Below, in pieces: positions 8,324 to 16,684 of a stretch of DNA of 63,525 nt; the stretch's first letter is position 1; the number at the start of each line of letters is the position of its first letter. This DNA is from Candidatus Omnitrophota bacterium. Its GTDB lineage: Bacteria; Omnitrophota; Gorgyraeia; Gorgyraeales; Gorgyraeaceae. The stretch lies in the NCBI GenBank assembly GCA_030691625.1, contig JAUYDX010000078.1, positions 1 through 63,525 of the forward strand, in the 5' to 3' direction. The notes under the pieces were generated by a model. The model did no database searches, was not told where the DNA came from, and saw only the letters and a list, made by a program, of their open reading frames with translations. The position numbers were made by a program, and so were the translations under genes.

Positions 8324-9199
8324 TTAAGCCCTGGGATGAACCTTATCGTAAATAGATTTTAACCTGTCTGTAGTGACATGCGTGTATATCTGCGTGGTGG
8401 AAAGATTGGCATGGCCTAAAAGTTCCTGCACGCTCCTGAGATCCGCTCCCCTATCCAGCATATGAGTGGCAAAAGAATGCCTTAATGAATGAGGAGAGAT
8501 ATTTTCATTGAGACTGGCCCTGTGAATATATTTATCCACTATGCGCCTCACAGCCCTGTCGCTCACGCGGCGCTTGCTTTTATTAAGAAATACCGGCTTG
8601 CTCTCATTAATCTCGCTCACGCCTATCTTCTCAAAATACGCCCTTATGGCCCTGAGCGCCTTGTCTCCCACAGGCACCAGCCTTTCTTTTTTGCCTTTTC
8701 CGTATACCTTTAATACGCCGCTTATAAAATCAATATCGTCTTTATTAAGGCCCACGAGCTCGCTGACCCTTATGCCTGTTGAATAAAGCGTTTCCAGTAT
8801 AGCCCTGTCGCGTAAACCAATGTGATCAGACGGATCAGGGGATTCAAGTAATTTTACAATATCGTCTGTATTTAAAAATAGCGGGAGTTTCTTTTCTATC
8901 TTGGGCGTCAGGAGGCTCGCGCTGGGATTTGTCTTTATAAGCCCTTCCCTGTACAGGAATTTGAAAAAACTCCTGATGCACGCCATTTTCCTGGCTACAG
9001 ACCTCTTTGAAAAATTCCTCTCTTTCATCCTGGCCAGGAAAAGCCTCACGTCAAGGTGGTTCACCTGCTCGATGGGCTTATCTTTTATTGATTCGCTGAA
9101 TTCCCTGAGGTCTATTTTATAGTTGGTAACTGTATGAGGCGAGTAATTCTTTTCAATCTCAAGATAATTTATGAACTTATGGATAAATCTATCAAGCAT
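8324..9199 (-). CDS. xerC: site-specific tyrosine recombinase XerC/XerD family
   Basis: 291 aa with LRHSFATHML...LGHANLSTTQIYTHV (the R-H-R-Y catalytic set). Confidence 0.88.
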   Translation of the reverse strand: MLDRFIHKFINYLEIEKNYSPHTVTNYKIDLREFSESIKDKPIEQVNHLDVRLFLARMKERNFSKRSVARKMACIRSFFKFLYREGLIKTNPSASLLTPKIEKKLPLFLNTDDIVKLLESPDPSDHIGLRDRAILETLYSTGIRVSELVGLNKDDIDFISGVLKVYGKGKKERLVPVGDKALRAIRAYFEKIGVSEINESKPVFLNKSKRRVSDRAVRRIVDKYIHRASLNENISPHSLRHSFATHMLDRGADLRSVQELLGHANLSTTQIYTHVTTDRLKSIYDKVHPRA

Positions 9200-11201
9200 C
9201 TTCTCCCTCTACTACTGCGCTATCCTCGTTATCCTGGGAAGGCAGCCTGCGCGATATGTGGTGGCAGTTAGGGTAATTGGAACAGCCGTAAAAATGCCTG
9301 CCTCTTTTGGAGCGCCTCTCAACCAGCATACCGCCGCATCCGGGCTCAGGGCATTTAACGCCTGTGGGTATGGCCTTCGCAAACCTGCAGTTCGGAAAAT
9401 CAGAACAACTAAGGAACCTGCCGAGCCTTCCCCATTTTATGACCATGGGCTTGCCGCATTTTTCGCAGATCTCTGACGTCTTCACGGCCTCGCCTTTAAC
9501 CTTGCGCATGTTGACCTTGGCGTGCTCCACGTCTTTTTCAAAAGGCGTATAGAATCTTTTAAGGACATCCTCACTTTTTTCGCGGCCCTCTTCTATCTCG
9601 TCCAGCTCCTCTTCCATTTTGGCTGTAAATTCCAGGTCCAGGATTTTAGGGAAGCTTTTCTTTAAGAGGTCAGTAACCACCATGCCGAGTTCAGACGGGG
9701 TAAAATATCCCTCTTTTCTTTTCACGTAATTCCGGAAAATAATAGTCTGGATAATCGGGGCGTAGGTGCTGGGGCGTCCTATGCCGTCTTCTTCGAGCGC
9801 CTTTACCAACGATGCGTCCGAATACCTGGGAGGAGACTTTGTAAAATGCTGGCTCGGGTTTAATTTTAAAAGGTCGAGCAATTCTCCTGCTTCCAGAGAA
9901 GGGAGCAGTTTTTCTTCATCTTTCACATCCTCGTTCTCCTCGTACACAACGCTGAAACCCTGGAAAACCTTCTGCGACCCTACAGCCTTAAAAATGCACC
10001 TTCCTGCCTTTATTTCCACGCTAACCACATTGAACACAGCAGGCGTCATCTGGCTGGATATAAAGCGATTCCATATAAGGGTGTAAAGTTTATATTGATC
10101 CGCTGTAAGAAATTCTCTTACGCTGGCTGGTTCCCTGAGCGGCAATGCAGGCCTTATTGCCTCGTGCGCCTCCTGCGCAGATTTTTTTGATTTATAGACA
10201 TTCGGCGCGCTTGGCACAAACTCCGCGCCGTATTTTTCCAGTATATATTTTCTCGCTAAATCCTGGGACTCTTTTGAAACCCTGACAGCGTCTGTGCGCA
10301 TGTAGGTTATGAGACCCACGTTGCCTTCGCTTCCGAGCGGCAAACCTTCGTATAACTGCTGCGCCACCTTCATTGTCTTATACGCCTGGAACCTGAGCTT
10401 ATAAAACGCCTCCTGCTGGAGCTTGGATGTGGTAAAAGGCGATGAGGCGTATTTACGTTTTTCCTTTTTATCAACGGACGCGACTGTGAACTGCGCCTTT
10501 TGAAGCTCTGTTACAAGATTATCGGTATCGTCTTTTTTCTTAAGGTCTATCTTTTTATCTTCTATCCTGTCAAGCTTGGCTATGAATCTTGAATTCTCTA
10601 AGTTTTTCTTTTTGAGCTCAGCTTCTATCTCCCAATATTCTTCAGGCACGAACATCCTGATCTCGTTTTCCCTGTCCACGATAAGCCTTACAGCCACTGA
10701 CTGCACCCTTCCTGCTGAAAGGCCTTTGCCGACCTTTCTCCACAAAAGCGGGCTTATGCTGTAGCCCACTAATCTATCCAGGACGCGCCTCGCCTGCTGG
10801 GCATCCACCATGTTTTTATCGATTTTACCGGGCTTGGTAATAGCTGCCTCTATGGCAGTCCTATTGATTTCATGAAACGCTATTCTATAAATATTTTTCT
10901 TTTTGCCCAAAAGCTTTGCCAGATGCCAGCTTATTGCCTCGCCTTCTCTGTCAGGGTCTGTGGCAAGATATATGTTATCTTTACCCTCGGCTGCTTTTTT
11001 CAAAGCATCCACTATCTTCTTCTTACCGGGTATCATGATATACTCAGGCTCAAAATCATTTTTAATATCAATGCCCATCTTGGATTTAGGAAGGTCCATT
11101 ACATGGCCCATTGAAGAAGATACAGTGAAGTTTTTTCCGAGTATCTTATTTATAGTGCTCGCCTTAGCGGGCGATTCAACAATTACTAGCGACTTTGCCA
11201 T
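9192..11201 (-). CDS. topA: DNA topoisomerase I
   Basis: 669 aa with a Toprim N-terminus (LVIVESPAKA...DPDREGE) and C-terminal C4 zinc ribbons. Confidence 0.93.
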   Translation of the reverse strand: MAKSLVIVESPAKASTINKILGKNFTVSSSMGHVMDLPKSKMGIDIKNDFEPEYIMIPGKKKIVDALKKAAEGKDNIYLATDPDREGEAISWHLAKLLGKKKNIYRIAFHEINRTAIEAAITKPGKIDKNMVDAQQARRVLDRLVGYSISPLLWRKVGKGLSAGRVQSVAVRLIVDRENEIRMFVPEEYWEIEAELKKKNLENSRFIAKLDRIEDKKIDLKKKDDTDNLVTELQKAQFTVASVDKKEKRKYASSPFTTSKLQQEAFYKLRFQAYKTMKVAQQLYEGLPLGSEGNVGLITYMRTDAVRVSKESQDLARKYILEKYGAEFVPSAPNVYKSKKSAQEAHEAIRPALPLREPASVREFLTADQYKLYTLIWNRFISSQMTPAVFNVVSVEIKAGRCIFKAVGSQKVFQGFSVVYEENEDVKDEEKLLPSLEAGELLDLLKLNPSQHFTKSPPRYSDASLVKALEEDGIGRPSTYAPIIQTIIFRNYVKRKEGYFTPSELGMVVTDLLKKSFPKILDLEFTAKMEEELDEIEEGREKSEDVLKRFYTPFEKDVEHAKVNMRKVKGEAVKTSEICEKCGKPMVIKWGRLGRFLSCSDFPNCRFAKAIPTGVKCPEPGCGGMLVERRSKRGRHFYGCSNYPNCHHISRRLPSQDNEDSAVVEGEDA

Positions 11202-11215
11202 TCTCTTTCTCCGTT

Positions 11216-12313
11216 CTATATTTTAACAAAATTCTTTCCGGGCAGCTGTTTCGCGAATTTTTTTATCTCAAGGCTCAGGAGCATACCTGAAATCCTGCCA
11301 AGCTCCATACCTGATTCCCTGCATATATCATCTATATGTATAGGATCGCTGGATAATAAAGTATATACTAAACTTTCATTTTTGTCCAATTTTGTATCTT
11401 CTGTCCAACTTCGCAAGTTGCCAAGATGGCAACTTGCGAAGTTGGACAGGTTAAGTTCTTCAAGGATATCTTCTACCCCCTGGGCTAATTTAGCACCCTG
11501 TTTTATAAGCTTGTTTGTACCTTTAGAGGTATTTGAATCCACTTTACCAGGCACTGCGAAGACATCCCTTCCCTGTTCCAACGCGCAGTCGCATGTGATA
11601 AGCGCTCCGCTTCTTTCAGCTGCCTCCACGCATACCACGCCCAGGGAAAGCCCGCTTATGATCCTGTTTCTTTTAGGGAAATTTCCCCTGTCAGGTATAG
11701 TCTCCATTGGGAATTCGCTGATGACAGCGCCTGAGGCTGAAATTTTTCCAGCTAAGGCTCTGTTTTCCTCAGGATAGATATTGGCCAGGCCTGAACCTAA
11801 AATAGCTATTGTCCTTGCCTTTGCCTTTAACGCGCCTTTATGGCTGGCTGAATCAATGCCCCTTGCAAGGCCTGATACCACAGTGACTCCGTGCGAAGCC
11901 AATTCAAAACCTAATCTCTCGGCTGTCTGAAGCCCATAAAACGAGGCGAGCCTGGAACCGACGATGGCAATGGCTGTATTGTCCTCAGGCAAGATTTCAC
12001 CCTTTACATATAAAACCACTGGCGGGTCATAGATATTCTTTAAATTTTCAGGATAATCTTCGTCCAGAAATGTAATAACCTTTACCCCATACTTTTTTAT
12101 TAAACTCATTTCTTTTTTTAGATCAATATCTTTGATCGCCTGGGGCACCCTGGCGCCTATTATCGGCCCGATCTCTTTTACCCCGGAAATTTCACCGGCA
12201 TCTGCCTTAAAAACCTTTTCGAATGACCCAAAATCTCTTAGTAGCGCCCGCGTCCTAACGCTCCCTATATCCTCCACCATATTAAGCGCAATCAATCTCT
12301 CAGTATCGTTCAT
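11216..12313 (-). CDS. dprA: DNA-processing protein DprA, carrying an in-frame palindromic-element insertion in the linker
   Basis: 365 aa with the GLARGIDSASHKGAL Rossmann-like core and a C-terminal winged-helix-like tail (LLSLEIKKFAKQLPGKNF). Residues 289-305 (LSNFASCHLGNLRSWTE) are encoded by element P1. Confidence 0.9.
   Translation of the reverse strand: MNDTERLIALNMVEDIGSVRTRALLRDFGSFEKVFKADAGEISGVKEIGPIIGARVPQAIKDIDLKKEMSLIKKYGVKVITFLDEDYPENLKNIYDPPVVLYVKGEILPEDNTAIAIVGSRLASFYGLQTAERLGFELASHGVTVVSGLARGIDSASHKGALKAKARTIAILGSGLANIYPEENRALAGKISASGAVISEFPMETIPDRGNFPKRNRIISGLSLGVVCVEAAERSGALITCDCALEQGRDVFAVPGKVDSNTSKGTNKLIKQGAKLAQGVEDILEELNLSNFASCHLGNLRSWTEDTKLDKNESLVYTLLSSDPIHIDDICRESGMELGRISGMLLSLEIKKFAKQLPGKNFVKI
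11401..11449. repeat. palindromic element family P1, located inside the dprA coding sequence
   Basis: 23-bp perfect arms 11401-11423 / 11427-11449 with a 3-nt loop. Confidence 0.9.
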
Positions 12314-12410
12314 AATAGTTCACCCTCCCTATTATATAATACACATGTCGGGTCTATTTTCTTTCAAATTTTTTTAGAATTTTTTAAAGGCGGAGAAGGT
12401 TATCCACAAT

Positions 12411-12436
12411 GTAGGGGACACTTAAGTGTCCCCTAC
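12411..12436. repeat. palindromic element family P5 (GTAGGGGACACTT/AAGTGTCCCCTAC)
   Basis: 26-nt perfect palindrome. A related copy is at 58707-58735. Confidence 0.8.
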
Positions 12437-12510
12437 TGCTGCGGGTATAAAACCGCGCCTATCAGCGTAAATATCAATGTTATATTTATTATTTTATTTA
12501 TCTTTGCCAT
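12433..12510 (-). pseudogene. 5' fragment (25 codons) of a paralogue of the exported NDK-fusion gene at 18342..19676
   Basis: The minus strand encodes MAKINKIINITLIFTLIGAVLYPQQ*, versus MKQINKIINIALIFTLIGAFLTPQH... at 19676. Long identical nucleotide runs are shared (ATAAATAAAATAATAAATATA; ATATTTACGCTGATAGGCGCG). The copy is cut off exactly where palindrome P5 begins. Confidence 0.75.
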
Positions 12511-12519
12511 AACCATATC

Positions 12520-12569
12520 TTCTCGACTTCGCTCCCTTAATGAGCTTGTGTGACCGCTCGAAGAATATT
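12520..12569. repeat. partial copy of element family P3 (left half with an internal 21-bp insertion)
   Basis: TTCTCGACTTCGCTC...GCTCGAAGAATATT, compared with the full copy at 34225-34279. Confidence 0.7.
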
Positions 12570-12572
12570 AAA

Positions 12573-12609
12573 CAACTTTACATTGTGACAATGTCAGAGT
12601 GTAAAGTTG
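12573..12609. repeat. degenerate copy of palindromic element family P2
   Basis: CAACTTTACA...TGTAAAGTTG outer stem with a mostly paired inner stem, directly downstream of the stop of the 1354-aa gene. Confidence 0.65.
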
Positions 12610-12619
12610 ATTAGAGGAG

Positions 12620-15600
12620 TTAAAGCGCAGAACCGGACGTTAGCGCCTGGTTCTCTTTGTCCATCTCTTCTAAGATTTCCTTTAAGCTCTTTTGCCTCAG
12701 CCATTTTATCTTAAAATCTATCAATGCCTCCCCGAATTCATCTATTGAGGCATAATAAAATCTGGAGCGCATAACGCCGTCTAAAATAAATTCATCAAGA
12801 GCCAGTTTTAATTCCTTGCTGCCGTCTATCTCTCCTTGATAGTTAACCATTTCATAATAGTCGCCGGAACCGCCCAACTCTCTGAATTTGAAAGAATCTC
12901 TGATAAAATACACTATCCTGGATATATCCTGCCATAGGGCCTCTTCTCTTTCGGCTTTATTATCAGGATTAAATGATAAATATCCGCTATTTACCACAAG
13001 GATAGGAGAATTTTCCGTGTTATTTGCAAAAAATATAGAATCCTCTTCAAAACGCATAAGGCTGATGCCTTTTTTGTGCAGTTCCCTTAATGCGTCGCAA
13101 ATGCCTATCAACGCATCAAAGACCGCATCCAGATGTTTTTTGCGCGAAAGCCAGTTATCTAAAGATCTTAGATATCTGCCTAAATTTTCGCCGGATATTC
13201 TCTTTCCATCAGATGTTATAAGACTATGCGTAAAAGGATAGTTATCCTGTCTTTCCACTCTTCCAAAAACAGTACCTGTTATTTTTATATTGCCTGCCGC
13301 GATGCCTCCTTCCCGCAGGCCATTACTAAGAGCATATGGTCCACTGCCTTTTATGGAGCAGAATACCCTATGGCCATACGCATGCCCAAAATAAGGCATT
13401 TCATTATCTATCCATCTATGATGCGGTGAAAAACGCGACATATCATAAGAATATTTAGCCAGATAATGTATCGGGTCATCATCCTCTATGATATTTACCA
13501 ATGGCTCAAATTTCCCTCTTAGAGGAAAGGATTCATGGGCATCTATATATATCATGCCCCCTTCAGGATTAGCCATTCTTAAGATCCCGCTAATGACCCT
13601 GGCGCTTACTTTGCGCTGGATAATATTGCCCATATCTAAAAAATAATCCCTATCGTTAATGCCATATTTATCAAACTTGGCTTTAATCAGCCCCATTATA
13701 TAAGAACACATGACCTCGCTTATCTGGTCATACGCCTTTTCCATAATAACCACATCCGCATAGCCCTCAGGAAATACATACTGAGGGTCAAATAACCAAA
13801 CCTCTTCATCATTCTCTAGCAGGTTAACCGTCTCTTCAATCGCTTTTTCAAAAGTCGGAGATGATTCTATGGCATCTTTTATTTTTTCTATGGCCCTGGG
13901 GCGCATCCAGTTAATGTTTAAAAGAAGTAAGTATGTGGAGCTTTTAAGATCTTCGGGCATCCCATACCACGCTTTTTCCAGAGACTCCTTGTTCAGATCA
14001 GCCAATATTATCCGCCTGATGCCTTTTATGCCTTCAAGCGCCTTATAATCAATCCTCCCTGCGCAAAGCACTACAATGGTCTCTTTTTTAGGGGCAGATG
14101 AGACAGCCCAGTTTATATCGCAGTCTCTTTTTAATTTCGCTGATTTATCTTGTGTGCAGGTTTGAGATCCGTATGAATGACTGAGAAAATCCTTTGGAAA
14201 CCCCTTTGCGCCATTAATCACCTTTCCCCTTGATGGCCGTTTGAGATAAGGCTTTAATAAACTGCCTAAATCGCTACCCGAGGCTTCTATAGATGCGAAT
14301 TTTGGCAGGCCATCTTCCTGTAATGCCTGCTTAATACCGCTTTCTATCTTGCCTTTTTGTAAAAACTTTTCTCTCTGCATTAAAACATCCTGCAGTCTGC
14401 TTTCCCCGGAAGGTGTTATCTCAAACATATTATCCTGATTTTTCCTTATAAGACCTGATGCCTCCAGTATCTCAAATGTTTTATTCCAATGCCTTCTTGA
14501 AAAATCAATCAGACCTCTGGATGCATCATGCCTGGGGCGGCCAGGGTCAGGAATCGCCTTAAATACAGTGTCAAAAACAAGTTTCAGCATGGTTTTAACA
14601 TCCTGGTTCCCGGAATGCTTAATTGTATTAAGTAAAAAATTTATCTGAAATTCCTGGGGTATGCCGCTATTAACGCTATCCTTTACATAAAGCGGCTTAT
14701 CCATACCTATAAGCAGGTCTCTTATGCAATAAAGAAATTGATAATCATCCGGTTCCACAAGAAGGTTCAGATTATTCCACAGACCCAGCGGAATCGCATT
14801 GCTCAGACAAAGCGCTATTGCGTCCCGCCTCATGAATTCCCTGATTACCCGCTTTCTTTCCTCAATGAGATCTGTGTATTTTATGGATAATACTGGATTA
14901 GCCCTACTCCTGAAATCTCCTTTAAGCCTCGCCTCCATAGCCTTCCATTCAGGAGAATGCGTCATTTCAAGAAAAAACATATCCTCCTCGTGGCCATTGT
15001 TTCTAGTAAGTTCCCACTGTCTGCCTTCTGGCATCTCGAAAACATGCAGAAAATCATAGTCAGGCAGATCTCTTCTAAGAAACGTCTCTTCATTTATTTC
15101 TCCGCGCACTAGCTGCATAAAAGCCAGAAATCTTCTACTGACAGGGTCATACATATCAACATAAAACTGCCCTGCCGGAAGGACAGCGCTTATAAACGAC
15201 GCATTAGCAAGATAATCAGTAGCTATCTGATTGGAATCCATTATAAGCCTCTCTCTAAATGATTCGTCCTTCATTTGTTCATAAAAATGATTTACTTTCC
15301 GGAAAACAGAATAGCCGTAAGGCGTGAGGACATGAGACGCCAGCTTTAAAAGAATCCCCCTTGCCTCTTTTTCGTCAACGCTTCCGCTCTCTGGAAAACC
15401 GCTCATTAAATCCTTTTCTATTTCCACTGCCCTTCTCTTTAATCCCTCCATGCCGCCTGCAGTCTCCATTGATGCGAGGCTGGATTTGCCAGGCGCAAGC
15501 GGGAGAGAGATAGTAAGCGTAGTACCTTTCCCAGGCTCTGATTCAACATTAATTGTACCGTTATTTCTCTCAATTATAGCTCTTACTGTCCTGAGGCCGC

Positions 15601-16684
15601 GGCCTCCGCCAAGCTCTTTGCTTGAAAAAGACGTTTTATTTTTAAATGCCTCCAATGCCTCCTGCGGCATGCCTGGGCCAGTATCGCTTATTTTCACTAC
15701 CACATGATTATCCTGAAGAAAAGCCTTAATATCTATGGTTCCTTTAAAACCGCGCCTTGCTGTCCTGTCATCAATGCTAATTTTATTCCTATCTCTTTCC
15801 ATAGCTTCTACTGCGTTACGGATTAGATTTAAAAATGCCCTGAAAATTTCCCCTTCGCGGGCAAAGATATATCTTGATTCCTCTTCACAATCAAAATGTA
15901 GCGTATAAAAATGGCTGTTAACCTCTGTATATCTTATGATTTCAAATATTCTTTCAAGGTCTACATTTTTCGTTATGTCCTGGCCTATAAAACTTTTATA
16001 GAAAAGACGCAGGTAGTCTATTGTGATTCTTAACTCATTGCTTCTTTTATAATCTAACTCTTGGCATAATACGCTTACAAAGTCGTCGGTAATAGTATTT
16101 TTAAATTCAGCGAATGTCTTTCTAAAAGCTTCTTCCCATTCAATTCCTTCTTTATCGCTATCAATGCTATCGCCAAGCTTATTTATTATTGAAAACAGTG
16201 CCTTTTTTGCCTCATTGAATTCTTTTGAGTATCTACCTTCTAGTTCTAGCATAAAATATAACTGCGTATAAATATTTCTCATATCGTGTCGTATAGCTCT
16301 CTTTAAATCAATTCCCGGAGAACCGTCTGGCACAAAAAAGATGTCTTTGTCTTCATTACCTTCCAGAGCCTGCCTGTATCTATCCTGATTTTGGATTGGC
16401 AGATACCTGAATATCTCAGCTGTATTAAGTTTCCCCAGAGTGACTCCTGTGCCGCCATGGCCAAATGGATATTGGTGAGTAAACCCCATATACTCAAATA
16501 TATTTTGCAGTGACTTTCCTGAATCAATGTCCTGCCCTATTATTCCATTGTTAGTCTTTAATATTTCACATGCCCGCTTTATGCCAAGCGCCACTATAGT
16601 AGGCCCAAAAACCCTGTTACGATAGTCTTTATGGACTACGAGGCTAGAATTTACAGGACAGATGGCCTGGCCTAAGCCTCTCAT
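12620..16684 (-). CDS. 1354-aa cytoplasmic multidomain protein: GNAT-like stub, complete histidine-kinase core, long unknown middle, Rossmann/SAM-methyltransferase-like segment, degenerate protein-kinase-like C-terminus
   Basis: H-box AIRHDMRNIYTQL; N-box LNLIRNAVEAM; G1 DTGPGMP; G2 GGGRGL; IVVLCAGRID...RIILADLN...ADVVIMEKAY...NPEGGMIYID; LRELHKKGISLMRFEEDSIFF...VVNSGYL. No N-terminal hydrophobic segment. The ATG overlaps the upstream stop (ATGA). Confidence 0.8.
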   Translation of the reverse strand: MRGLGQAICPVNSSLVVHKDYRNRVFGPTIVALGIKRACEILKTNNGIIGQDIDSGKSLQNIFEYMGFTHQYPFGHGGTGVTLGKLNTAEIFRYLPIQNQDRYRQALEGNEDKDIFFVPDGSPGIDLKRAIRHDMRNIYTQLYFMLELEGRYSKEFNEAKKALFSIINKLGDSIDSDKEGIEWEEAFRKTFAEFKNTITDDFVSVLCQELDYKRSNELRITIDYLRLFYKSFIGQDITKNVDLERIFEIIRYTEVNSHFYTLHFDCEEESRYIFAREGEIFRAFLNLIRNAVEAMERDRNKISIDDRTARRGFKGTIDIKAFLQDNHVVVKISDTGPGMPQEALEAFKNKTSFSSKELGGGRGLRTVRAIIERNNGTINVESEPGKGTTLTISLPLAPGKSSLASMETAGGMEGLKRRAVEIEKDLMSGFPESGSVDEKEARGILLKLASHVLTPYGYSVFRKVNHFYEQMKDESFRERLIMDSNQIATDYLANASFISAVLPAGQFYVDMYDPVSRRFLAFMQLVRGEINEETFLRRDLPDYDFLHVFEMPEGRQWELTRNNGHEEDMFFLEMTHSPEWKAMEARLKGDFRSRANPVLSIKYTDLIEERKRVIREFMRRDAIALCLSNAIPLGLWNNLNLLVEPDDYQFLYCIRDLLIGMDKPLYVKDSVNSGIPQEFQINFLLNTIKHSGNQDVKTMLKLVFDTVFKAIPDPGRPRHDASRGLIDFSRRHWNKTFEILEASGLIRKNQDNMFEITPSGESRLQDVLMQREKFLQKGKIESGIKQALQEDGLPKFASIEASGSDLGSLLKPYLKRPSRGKVINGAKGFPKDFLSHSYGSQTCTQDKSAKLKRDCDINWAVSSAPKKETIVVLCAGRIDYKALEGIKGIRRIILADLNKESLEKAWYGMPEDLKSSTYLLLLNINWMRPRAIEKIKDAIESSPTFEKAIEETVNLLENDEEVWLFDPQYVFPEGYADVVIMEKAYDQISEVMCSYIMGLIKAKFDKYGINDRDYFLDMGNIIQRKVSARVISGILRMANPEGGMIYIDAHESFPLRGKFEPLVNIIEDDDPIHYLAKYSYDMSRFSPHHRWIDNEMPYFGHAYGHRVFCSIKGSGPYALSNGLREGGIAAGNIKITGTVFGRVERQDNYPFTHSLITSDGKRISGENLGRYLRSLDNWLSRKKHLDAVFDALIGICDALRELHKKGISLMRFEEDSIFFANNTENSPILVVNSGYLSFNPDNKAEREEALWQDISRIVYFIRDSFKFRELGGSGDYYEMVNYQGEIDGSKELKLALDEFILDGVMRSRFYYASIDEFGEALIDFKIKWLRQKSLKEILEEMDKENQALTSGSAL

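Noticed and set aside
12314-12410. Possible sigma70-type promoter for dprA (TTGAAA ... TATTAT/TATAAT) upstream of the AGGGAGGG SD.
   Set aside because: The spacing between the best -35 and -10 hexamers is 20-24 nt rather than 16-18, so the match is too weak to annotate.
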